From Thraustochytrium aureum (lineage: Eukaryota): a stretch of 58,759 nt of DNA. Position 1 is the first letter of the stretch, and every line of letters begins with the position of its first letter. Positions 23,241-34,270 of the stretch are shown here, in pieces. Location: contig BLSG01000180.1 of NCBI GenBank assembly GCA_012862495.1, positions 1 to 58,759 of the forward strand, given 5' to 3'. The translations under genes and the position numbers were made by a program. The notes under the pieces were generated by a model. The model had not been told where the DNA came from. It saw only the letters and a program-made list of their open reading frames with translations, and made no database searches.

Positions 23241-23743
23241 CCACCAACCAACAAAGCCAAACCTGCACCATCACCAATCACAGTGCATTCCCTTTAGCAA
23301 GCACTTTGCATCGGTGGCCACCCTCTACCCGCGCGCCCACCAGCCAGCGCCGCGTCGAGCATCGTCGGCGCGCCGCCGCCACCATCGGCTTGCCCGTGTC
23401 CTCGAGCATTCCTCAGCGCGCCGCATCGAACGAACGCGCACAGTAGACCACACGTGGCGTTTACTCAACGACATTCGTGCGCAGGAGCGCAAGTCAGCGC
23501 AAGCGGCAGAGGCACCAGCAGCGGCCGTGGTGCTGTTTTTGCGGGTGCTCGAGGCCTGCGGGCAGGCGAACAGCGTCGGCGGTCGGTTGGGCTTGCGGGA
23601 TTGGACGGGTGCAACGGCGGTGTTGACGCGCCTGGGCTGGACTGCAACTGCGCACGCAGCCCGCGCCGCCCGCCCGCGACAACAGCTGCACCGGAGTGCG
23701 CTTGGCGGTCCTCGCGACGGCGAAGCGAGCCGTTCTTGAGACG

Positions 23744-24006
23744 ATGCAGGGACAAGGCTATGCATACGGCGGCCAGGCTGGAGGGCAGCTGGGCAACGGA
23801 CCGCCGGGGTTTGCGAAGCCGTCCGTGGGCTTGGGTGCTCAAGGCCCGCAGGCGGCGTACCCGACCCAAGCGCATCAATACCAGCAACCGACTCACTTGC
23901 AGCCACAGGCTATGCAGGCGCCGCAGCAACCCCCGTTTCATGTCGCGCAACCGGCCCCTGGAAACTACAGCTACTATCAGCAGCAGCAGCAGCAGCCTTA
24001 CCAGCC

Positions 24007-24037
<31 letters not shown>

Positions 24038-25669
24038 TCCAGCAGCAGCAGCAGCAGCAGCCTTACCAGCCGCAGTGGCAGCAGCAGCAGCAGCAGTCGG
24101 CTCAACATCAGGCACGCAATNNNNNNNNNNNNNNNNNNNNNNNNNNNNNNNNNNNNNNNNNNNNNNNNNNNNNNNNNNNNNNNNNNNNNNNNNNNNNNNN
24201 NNNNNNNNNNNNNNNNNNNNNNNNNNNNNNNNNNNNNNNNNNNNNNNNNNNNNNNNNNNNNNNNNNNNNNNNNNNNNNNNNNNNNNNNNNNNNNNNNNNN
24301 NNNNNNNNNNNNNNNNNNNNNNNNNNNNNNNNNNNNNNNNNNNNNNNNNNNNNNNNNNNNNNNNNNNNNNNNNNNNNNNNNNNNNNNNNNNNNNNNNNNN
24401 NNNNGCGGCGCCACCGTTTGCCCCAACACCGTACCTGACGGCCGCATCTCCCGCTTCTGCGGCCTCTCCGGCAGCGCCGCAGAACTTTGTATCGAGCACC
24501 CCTTTTAGCAGCGTCCCTCTTGGCGCATCGCTGTCGACAAGCAGTTCAGTCCCGAGTGGGCTCCTACAGCAGTTTGACCCACTCGCCCCGCCCAAGCCCA
24601 TCACTATGCCCCGTCTCGACCCGGACGGCGTTCGCGACCGCTTGCACAGCTTCGTGAAGCGTGGCATGCTCAGCGAGCCAGAGTTTAACGCAATCAAGAC
24701 CCAGGCGGCGCACCTCCCAACGAAAATTACTCTGGCGCTGGACCAGCTCGAGCAAACGGGCGATCGAACTGGTGTGTTCGAGCTTGTGATGAGCTCGCAG
24801 GCGAGCGCGGTGTTTTCGTCGGAAACGCTTTACTCTGGCGCCGGCACCAGGGCGAGCAGCAGCTCGGCCCCAACTACGTCGTGGTCAGGCGGCTGGGGAA
24901 GCGGGGCCCGCCCACGAGCACTGGCGGCCAGAGCCTGGCGGCGGCGAACCCTGGCGATGAGTCGGACTCGGACTCGGACTCGGAGGCGGGCGGCAGGCGC
25001 GACTCGGTGCCGACCATTCAAGGGAGTAGCGAGGATGATAACGACGAGAAGCTGGCGCGGCGCCTGCAAGACCAGTTTGACGAGGAGACGCGCATGATGG
25101 AGCCGCCGCACCCAAGCGCCGGCGGGTTTAAGAAGGAGATGCCTTCAAATTTTGTGCTGGTCAATGGCGAGCTGATAGGCAAGATCCTGGTGCGCGTGAG
25201 CAGCAAAATGCTGTTCCGCAAGTGGAAAGACATGTTTTTCGTGATCAACAAGGACCGCGTTTGCCTGTACGAGTCGAGCATCGACTACGAGGCGCGGCGA
25301 CCGCCTCGTATTGTCTACCGGATGCATCCGTGCATGTACATCCGCAAGCCGGCTGTCAAGCAGACCTACTCGATCATGGACGACGGTCGCCGGGTCTACT
25401 ACACTACGTTCCGCGAGAACATCACGGAGAGCGGCTCGTCGCACGGCTACACGGGGACGCCTTCCTCGCGCAACACTTACTCCTTCGACGATCGCTCGCA
25501 CCGGATTTGCAAGTTTGGCGGGGGGAGCCTTCTGGAGATCTCCGCTTTTGCGCACGCTCTGCACGGCGTGATCCTCGGCAAGCGCCGCGAAGCAAACGCG
25601 GTGCTGGGCGAGGGCGCTCGGAAAGCGGCAGGCTCTGCGACCACGGACGTCGCAGGCCGCTACCAGTAG
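23744..25669 (+). CDS. Gln/Pro-rich protein with a C-terminal PH-like domain (gap and frameshifts)
   Basis: Q/P/Y-rich N-terminus, FDPL motif, UIM-like DEKLARRLQDQFDEE and PH-like ILVRVSSKMLFRKWKDMFFVINKDRVCLYES. Confidence 0.6.
23978..24095 (+). repeat. Interrupted CAG microsatellite encoding polyQ
   Basis: Multiple (CAG)n runs interspersed with CCTTACCAGCCG. Confidence 0.9.
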
Positions 25670-26429
25670 AAGAAGCACAACAAACAAGCACAACAAACAA
25701 AACAGCGCCACCGAGAGCCGCCGCATTGACCGGCAGAAATGTCCCGTGGTGAGCACGAGAACCAGCCTCAGCGGACCGTCCTCGCCAGCTTGAACGCCAA
25801 ACAAGTGCGCATGTGCCGTCCATCCACGGCGCTCTGGCAGGCTGGCAGGTTGGCGTTCGTCAACTGGCTGCACTTTCTTGAACTCGGGCTCGTCCGTACC
25901 TATCGAGTCTCGGGTCTACCTCGCCGGCAGCGCTGCATGCCCTCAAGACGGCTCTCGGCCGCCATCGAGGCTCTGCGACTGCGGCTGGCTGGCTGGTTTG
26001 GATGCGTTGCAAAACCTGCCCAAAGCAGCTGTGGCAAGGCCTTCCTCGCTCACAAGTACTCGCTCACGCCGGGAGAGGCGTGTGCACCTCCTCCTCCCCA
26101 TTGATCTTGAAGAAGCGGCAAAGCCACGACTTGAAGTTGCCGCACCTGGCGGACAGCAGCGCGCTCTCTCCAGGCAGCAGCAGCAGCAGCAGCAGCAGGA
26201 GCAGACGGCGGTGGGCTCTGGCGCAANNNNNNNNNNNNNNNNNNNNNNNNNNNNNNNNNNNNNNNNNNNNNNNNNNNNNNNNNNNNNNNNNNNNNNNNNN
26301 NNNNNNNNNNNNNNNNNNNNNNNNNNNNNNNNNNNNNNNNNNNNNNNNNNNNNNNNNNNNNNNNNNNNNNNNNNNNNNNNNNNNNNNNNNNNNNNNNNNN
26401 NNNNNNNNNNNNNNNNNNNNNNNNNNNNN

Positions 26430-27356
26430 GGTCGTGGCGCTCGCCGTCGCCCTCGCGGGCGGCCTGGCGTACGCCGGCAAGGGCCCGGCCGACCCGTGGC
26501 TCGGGTCGGTGATAACGCCGTTCTGGGGCACTCTGACCATCTTGGAATCGGTCGCGCTCCTGTCGTTTGCGATCAACTTTGCTGCGTACATCCCGGCGTT
26601 CGCGCTCCAGACCGAAAAGTTTTACGACCTCACCGGGTCGCTACCTACTTGACCTGCACAGCCTACAGCTTCGGCGCAGGCTATGTGGCATCCGGGCGCG
26701 AGCTGCGGCTCCGGCCCGTCCTCGCGAGCGCGCTGACCTGTGTGTGGGCGCTGCGGCTCGGGAGCTTTCTGTTCGCGCGCATCCTCAAAGACGGCAAAGA
26801 CGACCGCTTTGACGCGATCAAGCCCAACCCGGTGCGGTTTCTTGTGGCGTGGACGCTGCAAGGGCTCTGGGTTTTTCTCACCGCCTACGCGGTGTACATT
26901 GCCAACGCGAGCACGGACGACTCGACGCTGGGCGTGCTGGACATCGTGGGCATCGCGATCTGGGCCGTCTGCTTCGCAGGCGAGGTGCTCGCCGACTACC
27001 AGAAGCGCGTCTGGCGCAGGGACCCAGCCAACAAGGGTAAATTCATCGAGTATGGGCTCTGGTACTACAGCCGGCACCCGAACCACTTTTTCGAGGTCGC
27101 GCTCTGGACGGGCATGTTTCTGCTCTGCGCGTCCACCTTCACAGGCTCGCAGTGGGCCGCTGTCATTTCGCCAGTGTTCATTTTCTGCCTCATCTTTTTC
27201 GTCTCTGGGGTGCGCCTGCTCGAGCAGAAGGCCGACCGCAAGTGGGGCGGCCAGCCCGACTATGAGAACTACAAGGCCACCACGAGTATCTTCGTGCCGC
27301 TGCCCAAGCTCGGCAAGCGCGTGCACGCCGAAGATGCGCTCGCCATGCAGTATTAG
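26430..27356 (+). CDS. DUF1295 / steroid 5-alpha-reductase-like membrane protein (5' end in gap, frameshift near 26640)
   Basis: TEKFYDLTGS, WALRLGSFLFARILKDGKDDRFD, WTLQGLWV, ADYQK, GLWYYSRHPNHFFE and YENYKATTSIFVP. Confidence 0.9.
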   Translation, partial: GRGARRRPRGRPGVRRQGPGRPVARVGDNAVLGHSDHLGIGRAPVVCDQLCCVHPGVRAPDRKVLRPHRVATYLTCTAYSFGAGYVASGRELRLRPVLASALTCVWALRLGSFLFARILKDGKDDRFDAIKPNPVRFLVAWTLQGLWVFLTAYAVYIANASTDDSTLGVLDIVGIAIWAVCFAGEVLADYQKRVWRRDPANKGKFIEYGLWYYSRHPNHFFEVALWTGMFLLCASTFTGSQWAAVISPVFIFCLIFFVSGVRLLEQKADRKWGGQPDYENYKATTSIFVPLPKLGKRVHAEDALAMQY

Positions 27357-27895
27357 CGCAGTCTAAGCTGAAGAAAGGGTCGTTGCAGTTCAGGACACAC
27401 CCTGCAGAGTTCAGATCGAGCAGGCTTTTCAGTGCCATCCAGCGCTTCTCCGCGGCGCAGCGCGTCGTCGCAGTCGCCTGTCACGCGGCTCAACTCGTAG
27501 GCCGTCACGCGGCTCAACCGTTGAGCCGCGCCTCGGCAGTGAAAAGCCTCACCAACCGCATGGAGCATCGAGCAGACTCGGCGATCTGCGAGCACCCAGA
27601 CGGCGCTCCATCGCGCGACACCGCAGCACGCTCCATCGCGCGCATCGCGCTCGAATCTCAGAGATTCGGCCCCAGGCCGTCTTCGTTGATGGTGATGGGA
27701 GTCATGGGACGGACACCCAAATAAATCAGCTTCTTCTTCACACCCAAAAAAACAAGAAAAAAGAAAAAAAAGACTCTGCCAAAAAAACGCGTCTACAAAA
27801 ACCAAACAAAAAAAACCAAAGCAGAAACATAGCAGACGCCAATCGGCACCCGCGCAGCTGCTGCAGGCGGCCAGGACGAGCGCCTGCGCGGCCCC

Positions 27896-27959
27896 ATCCG
27901 CTCGGCCTCGTGCGGTCTGCGCGGCTCGATCCGCTCGGCCTCGTGCGGTCTGCGCGGCT
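27896..27959. repeat. 31-bp direct repeat, 2 copies, period 33
   Basis: ATCCGCTCGGCCTCGTGCGGTCTGCGCGGCT at 27896-27926 and 27929-27959. Confidence 0.85.
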
Positions 27960-28030
27960 GGCTTTCTGCGCCGGCCTCGACTCGGGGGGGCCGCAAGGAC
28001 TGGGAAAAGGTGAGGCGGCGGTTTCGGGCG

Positions 28031-28408
28031 ATGGAGGCCGTCGCGCGCGCGCGCCGCAGGCGCAGGGCGCTCGTGAACTGGCGGGATGTGCATGGGTCGG
28101 TTGGGCCGGCGCTCGCGAGGCTCAGAGGCGCGCTGGAGACGATACCGGAGGAGTCGCAGATGAGCTTTGAGTGGGAGGTGAAGGGCAAGTGCTGGGCTGG
28201 GGCGACCCAGTCGCCAAGCGCGGCCAAGCCGACGAAGAGGAGGAAGAGGCGCGTGACGGACTCGCTGAGGCAGGCCAAAGACGAGCTCATGCGCCTGCGG
28301 CAAGTCTCCTGCGAGGCGAGCCCGAGGTCGCCGGTCGAGGTCCTTTTTGACGTGGTCATGATGCTCGCTTGCATGATGATTCTGGTGGTCGTGTCGCGGT
28401 CTGCATGA
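28031..28408 (+). CDS. Small hypothetical protein with a C-terminal hydrophobic anchor
   Basis: ATG-initiated ORF of ~125 aa ending VLFDVVMMLACMMILVVVSRSA. No family recognised. Confidence 0.35.
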   Translation: MEAVARARRRRRALVNWRDVHGSVGPALARLRGALETIPEESQMSFEWEVKGKCWAGATQSPSAAKPTKRRKRRVTDSLRQAKDELMRLRQVSCEASPRSPVEVLFDVVMMLACMMILVVVSRSA

Positions 28409-28741
28409 CAGCGCGAGGGTCTGGGCCGCACTTGCTCCCGCCCCCGCTCGTTGTTGAAGAACGGGAGGGGCATAGAGAGCGAGATAGCGCAGACCGAGCC
28501 CTGGGCAGGGGGGCGCTGCTCAGACGTGGTGTTGATAGTAGTTCTACAGCAGTGTGGATTTGATTGATTTTGCTTGGTTTTGATTGAGATTCGCTTGGTT
28601 TGCGTTGTGCTGTGTTGTTCCTTCTCTATCGCTAATGGCCATGGGCGACGAAAGCGGACCTGGATCAGCAGGCTAGATGGCGAGGATGCCGAGCACCACA
28701 GGACGAGCATGTGCGCCAGGTCGCGGCACATGCGAGCGCTG

Positions 28742-30106
28742 TCACTCAAGCAGGCCCGCGACCTCCTTGGCGCGCTCGAGCATCTCTGCCTTGGACGCCG
28801 AGTCCATGTGGCCCTTTTGGCCCACGTAGGCGTCAAAGATGGCCCAAGAGAGGGCCTCGGACTTTAGCGCAAGCTCCTCGCGGCCATCGATGCGCACCTG
28901 GACAAAGCCCTCGGGCAAGCGCACAAACTNNNNNNNNNNNNNNNNNNNNNNNNNNNNNNNNNNNNNNNNNNNNNNNNNNNNNNNNNNNNNNNNNNNNNNN
29001 NNNNNNNNNNNNNNNNNNNNNNNNNNNNNNNNNNNNNNNNNNNNNNNNNNNNNNNNNNNNNNNNNNNNNNNNNNNNNNNNNNNNNNNNNNNNNNNNNNNN
29101 NNNNNNNNNNNNNNNNNNNNNNNNNNNNNNNNNNNNNCAAGCGCACAAACTCGAGCACGGAGCCCTTCTTCCAGACGCCCTTGCGCTCGATATGGCGATT
29201 CAAGGTCCGCAGCGCGTTCTTGCCGCTCCCCTCGCGAGAGTTGCCCTGCACCGCGCGCACGCGCTGGAGCAAGGTGCGGTCGAATCCGTGCGCGATGTGC
29301 GTTCCGTCGACGTCGCGAAGCATCACAAGCCTGAGGGAGATGCTCGGGTACGACACCTGGCTCTCGCGCGCGTCGTAGACCATCGTGGCCGTGTCGCGGT
29401 AGTAGCCGAGGCCTTGCGCGTCCATCTTGAACACGTAGCCGGGCTTGCGGCCTTGGAACTTTGGCGCAGAGAGAAACGAGGGGTTTTCTTCCTCGCGGCG
29501 AAACTCCTCTGCCAGGTGGTCGGCTTCGATCTCGCACAGGTGCTTGGGCAGCAGCTTCTCTGCGACCTGGGCCGGCGTCGAGCAGCCCTGGCAGGCCTTG
29601 GCTGCTTCGGACGAAAAGTACAGGGCGTAGCTGTACGCGCGGGCGCGTTCGAGGGAGCAGAGCCCGAGCATGCACCGCACCGTATGGGACACGAGCCAGT
29701 GCGTGCTCCCGGCGCAAGAGTAGTTGAGCAGAGTCAGCGGGAACCGCGTGTTCGTGATTGGCTCGGTCGCAAACAAGACCGAGTCGGCGTCAAGCGAGGC
29801 GTCGCACTGCGCCGAGGCATTAAACACGATCACCGACATCGCTCCTGCGGCGATGCCAAAGGCCAGGGCACCGACGACCAGCTTGGGCTTGTGCTCGACA
29901 GAGCTCCGCTGGAGCCTGCGATATCCGGCCGGGGGCTCGGAGCTCGGGGCTTTGGCAGCCTTGCTTTCCTTGGCGCCTTCGCTGAGCCACCGCTTCGCCG
30001 TCGCTCGGCTCGCGCTCATCGCCAGCCTCGGGGGCGGGCCGAGCACCGCGCCTCTCTTCGTCATCGCGCAGCGCCCATGTCGGGCAGCCCACGCGGCGAG
30101 AGCCAT
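28742..30106 (-). CDS. Chalcone-isomerase-fold protein (Aim18/Aim46/FAP-like), probably mitochondrial
   Basis: Basic presequence-like N-terminus, one TM segment, EPITNTRFP, VRCMLGLC...AYSYALY, LRLVMLRDVDGTHIAHGFDRTL, KKGSVLEF and LSWAIFDAYVG. Confidence 0.75.
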   Translation of the reverse strand: MALAAWAARHGRCAMTKRGAVLGPPPRLAMSASRATAKRWLSEGAKESKAAKAPSSEPPAGYRRLQRSSVEHKPKLVVGALAFGIAAGAMSVIVFNASAQCDASLDADSVLFATEPITNTRFPLTLLNYSCAGSTHWLVSHTVRCMLGLCSLERARAYSYALYFSSEAAKACQGCSTPAQVAEKLLPKHLCEIEADHLAEEFRREEENPSFLSAPKFQGRKPGYVFKMDAQGLGYYRDTATMVYDARESQVSYPSISLRLVMLRDVDGTHIAHGFDRTLLQRVRAVQGNSREGSGKNALRTLNRHIERKGVWKKGSVLEFVRLXXXXXXXXXXXXXXXXXXXXXXXXXXXXXXXXXXXXXXXXXXXXXXXXXXXXXXXXXXXXXXXXXXXXXXFVRLPEGFVQVRIDGREELALKSEALSWAIFDAYVGQKGHMDSASKAEMLERAKEVAGLLE

Positions 30107-30644
30107 TCTACGGTGTCGAATCCGGAAGCTGAGGCACGCCGGAGTCCAACCTCTCCGACCGCAGCGTTCGCTCGCCTTGCCTCTCCGAGCTCGTCGATCT
30201 CCCTTTGCTCCGGGCGCCAGCGCCCGCTTCGCAGTCTGCGCCTCCTGCAGGTGCCGCGGACTGCCGGGGATGGCGACCAACTCGTGGTCTGGACGGAGTA
30301 CAGTTGTTGTGCGTCTTGCAAGTTCGAGTCCGAGCTGGTGTTTTTCGCGCTCGACTCGCTCTCTCTCGCGCGGCGCGGCGCTCTGGCCGGCGATACATGG
30401 CAGGGCTGCTGATAGCAGGGCTGCTGATAGCAGGGCTGTTGCCGCCGTTGTTGTCGGTGCTGTGGCTGCTGCTATTGTTTTGTGGAGACCGAGGTGAGCG
30501 AGAACACAGCTGTACCGCGCGCTGCGCTGGTCTCGCATCGCTCGTGCGGCGGCGTGGCTCGCTGCGCCTCGCGGGGACGGGTGCGAAGCGCTTTTTTGCG
30601 GCGCGGCGCAGCTCGTTCTAGACGAAGAAGAAAGGGACGGATTT

Positions 30645-31432
30645 TCATCTGGCATTTGGCTCTAGGAAAAGGGAATGCGCGGAAACGAACAGGACGGCGT
30701 GGTTGGGCCTTGGGCCGGTGTTTGCGAGCGCGCATGAGACGCGAGCTTGGAGGTAGACCGCAGGGCCCTTGCGATCTCCATGAAGCGTGCCAACGGCATG
30801 CCGGGCGAGCGCCAGTCGCCGGCCCGACCGCCCCAGGCGCACCAGGTCCGCGCAAAGCAACCACGGGCGTTCGCCGTCTCCCCNNNNNNNNNNNNNNNNN
30901 NNNNNNNNNNNNNNNNNNNNNNNNNNNNNNNNNNNNNNNNNNNNNNNNNNNNNNNNNNNNNNNNNNNNNNNNNNNNNNNNNNNNNNNNNNNNNNNNNNNN
31001 NNNNNNNNNNNNNNNNNNNNNNNNNNNNNNNNNNNNNNNNNNNNNNNNNGTGCTGGACTATGTTGCAGGACCGTCCCCCGGCCGTCGCCTCGGCAAGCAT
31101 CTCCTCGACCGTCCTCAACGCCGCCCTGAGCTGCTGCGGCAGATCCCGGGACACAAAGTACGCGTCTAGCGCCGCCGTCTTCTCTGGCGCATCCCTGGCG
31201 AGCTTGTACGTGGACTGCATGATGGGTTTCAGCTGCGCTCGCGCATGTGCCAGTCCATCTTTCTCCTTGGCGAGCGCGCCTCTTCCGCCACAATCTGTGC
31301 GTCGAGCTCGCGAACGGCGCTCTGTCGCTCAGCGACCTGCGACCTCAGCGTCAGCAGCAGCTCTTCCACGCGCCGCGGGTCCATCGCTCGCGCAACTGCG
31401 TCCACCGCATCGGCCGACGCCCGCGCGTCCAT
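30645..31432 (-). CDS. Hypothetical protein with an N-terminal coiled coil (frameshift near 31230, internal gap)
   Basis: ORFs 31229..31489 and 30645..31220 are adjacent and protein-like. No family recognised. Confidence 0.45.
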
Positions 31433-32073
31433 GCATGCATGCCACCCTTTCCAAGAAGGTATACTTTTAACCGTTACGAAGCGCAGCACAACTCTTGACT
31501 CTCAATACTCGCGGCCTGTTCCGCGCCGCGCGTGGTCCCGTAGCAAAATGCATTCGCATTACATAGCGCTTCCGCTTACCCAGCACAGTGTGGTCGGAAA
31601 TACACCGGGATTTGTGCGGTTGTGCCACCGCACCTCAGCGCGGTTTCCCGTACGAGGAAGCTGTGCGGTGAAACGGGACACTGCATTAGCGTTTATGGTA
31701 GAAGTGCAGTAGGCCGTGCTGGTGCTGCTGCGACAGACCACACACAAGCGCAGCAGGAGAGAGAGAAGCCGCAGACCGCAGAGCAGCCGCGAGAGACAGA
31801 GAGAGACAAGGTAAGTGCGGCGCGCGGGCGCGGCGTGGCTGGGCGCGGCGAGCGCGCGGGGCCTGCGACGGCTGGTGCCCTGGTCGGCGACTGCGACGGC
31901 AAGCTCGTTCGGACTGGATGTGTGATGGATTGATGCCTCAGATGGATGGACGGATGGATGGATGGATGGCGCAGGCCTGGGCGCTGTGGCGGCGCGGGCG
32001 GATGGGACGCGCGCTGATGTGCCTGTGGTCGCGAAGGAGCAGTTTGATTTTCGACGTTTTACAGCCAGAGACC

Positions 32074-32445
32074 ATGTTTTCGCTCGCCCGTGTCGCGGCG
32101 ACTCGGTAAGTGTGGTGAGGTGGCTGGCTTGTGTCGGTGACCCGGGGCCATGGCCGGCTGACGAGATTGGTGCTATGGCGCCCGCGACTGTCTCTGCGGC
32201 CCTGCACATGCTCATTCCTCCCGCAGCAGCCTTCCCGCCGTTCGGGGCGCCCAGTCGCGCAGCCTCGTCACCGCCACCAAGCCCAAGCTCGGCGGCCACG
32301 GCGACCACGGCGACCACCGCGTGTTCCAGCCGCCGTTCACCAAGCTCTCGTCTGCCATCGTCGTCTTCGGCGTGGCCGCGCTCGGCGTCATCATCCCGCT
32401 CTGGTCGTCCGGTACCAGAACAAGAAGCACGGCTTCTCCAAGTAA
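32074..32445 (+). CDS. COX7C: Cytochrome c oxidase subunit VIIc-like (yeast Cox8-like) small mitochondrial protein; exons 32074-32105 and 32227-32445
   Basis: Splicing GTAAGT...CCGCAG (32106-32226) and correcting one indel near 32409 gives MFSLARVAATRSLPAVRGAQSRSLVTATKPKLGGHGDHGDHRVFQPPFTKLSSAIVVFGVAALGVIIPLWSVRYQNKKHGFSK. The PF...FG..A.G...P.....Q.KK.G pattern resembles Cox8/COX7C. A probable 5'UTR intron lies at 31811-32064. Confidence 0.65.
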
Positions 32446-34270
32446 AGCAGCCCCTGGCCCTCGCTGGCGGCACTGCGGCCCTTTGCCGCGCCGCGCATGG
32501 CCGCTCTAGCCCTGCTGCCGGCACGTCAAGCATAGCGTAACAAAACATTGGACAGTCAAAGCCGTGCCTTCCGCCGCGCAACCCTCGCACCCGTAGCCGC
32601 CTTGTGCGTTGCACTCTCGCTGTTGATCTTGATCGAAAGCAGCGCGCTCTGCCGATCGACCTGCTTTCCCGCGCGCGCTGCGCGTTCCGGGCCGCGACGC
32701 CAGCCCGATGAGAATCGGCACCGTCACGGCGGCGCGCGCCACGAGGGCTTTCTTGCAAAACCCCAAGCCAAACCCCCCCATCCGGCGCGACATCGCACGG
32801 CAACGCGGCACGAGAGGCAGCGGGAGCGGCTCTGAGCGCGACGCGCGAGCCCTACTCGGGTGCTGTGCGAGGCGCCTTTTCAAGATGGGCGGAGAGGCGC
32901 GCAAGCGACCGAGGGAGGTGCAGGATGCTCGAAATGTGGCAGACCACCACGACGACCGGCCAAGCGCAAGGCAAAGGNNNNNNNNNNNNNNNNNNNNNNN
33001 NNNNNNNNNNNNNNNNNNNNNNNNNNNNNNNNNNNNNNNNNNNNNNNNNNNNNNNNNNNNNNNNNNNNNNNNNNNNNNNNNNNNNNNNNNNNNNNNNNNN
33101 NNNNNNNNNNNNNNNNNNNNNNNNNNNNNNNNNNNNNNNNNNNNNNNNNNNNNNNNNNNNNNNNNNNNNNNNNNNNNNNNNNNNNNNNNNNNNNNNNNNN
33201 NNNNNNNNNNNNNNNNNNNNNNNNNNNNNNNNNNNNNNNNNNNNNNNNNNNNNNNNNNNNNNNNNNNNNNNNNNNNNNNNNNNNNNNNNNNNNNNNNNNN
33301 NNNNNNNNNNNNNNNNNNNNNNNNNNNNNNNNNNNNNNNNNNNNNNNNNNNNNNNNNNNNNNNNNNNNNNNNNNNNNNNNNNNNNNNNNNNNNNNNNNNN
33401 NNNNNNNNNNNNNNNNNNNNNNNNNNNNNNNNNNNNNNNNNNNNNNNNNNNNNNNNNNNNNNNNNNNNNNNNNNNNNNNNNNNNNNNNNNNNNNNNNNNN
33501 NNNNNNNNNNNNNNNNNNNNNNNNNNNNNNNNNNNNNNNNNNNNNNNNNNNNNNNNNNNNNNNNNNNNNNNNNNNNNNNNNNNNNNNNNNNNNNNNNNNN
33601 NNNNNNNNNNNNNNNNNNNNNNNNNNNNNNNNNNNNNNNNNNNNNNNNNNNNNNNNNNNNNNNNNNNNNNNNNNNNNNNNNNNNNNNNNNNNNNNNNNNN
33701 NNNNNNNNNNNNNNNNNNNNNNNNNNNNNNNNNNNNNNNNNNNNNNNNGGCCTTCATCGGGGCATCCCTGCACGCCGCAGGAGCCGCGCGCCCAGGCGAC
33801 GCCCGGCCGGCCGCGTAGAAACCGGAATCACTAAGCAAACCATCCAAGATAGCAAAGGCATCAACAGCTGTCTGGCGTGAGTTGGCCACGGGACGTCCGC
33901 GACGAGCTTGCTTGTTGGCTGACGACCGCCCCCAGATCGAAATCGTTGCAGCGACCAAACAACCCCGTGGCGAAACAGACGAGCGAACAGTGCCGGCCGA
34001 TGCCTGCGACTCGGGCTGCGCGCCCAGGAGGTCGGCGAGCGGCCGCCTCGCGTTGTTTCGCCGAAACCCCCGACCGCCTGCCTGCCTGCTGCCCTGAGGA
34101 GACAGCCATTCCTCGAAGGCGACCAGGCAGGGCGCAGCCTCTCGCGACGGCTGGCTGGCGCCGCTGCGGCCTTGGTCGTCGCTTGCGACCTTGGGCCTTC
34201 GCGCTGTCGCACGCGCTGACGCCTCGCCTCCACGGTTGCTGGCTGGCGCGGCGCGGGCTCCGCTGCGGCC

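Noticed and set aside
31600..31712. Possible structured ncRNA (several 6-bp inverted repeats)
   Set aside because: The stems are short, there are no tRNA, snRNA or snoRNA hallmarks, and the region is better explained as the divergent promoter of the flanking genes.
32885..32977. ATG-initiated ORF start running into a gap (MGGEARKRPRE...)
   Set aside because: Only ~30 codons are visible, too little to support a call.
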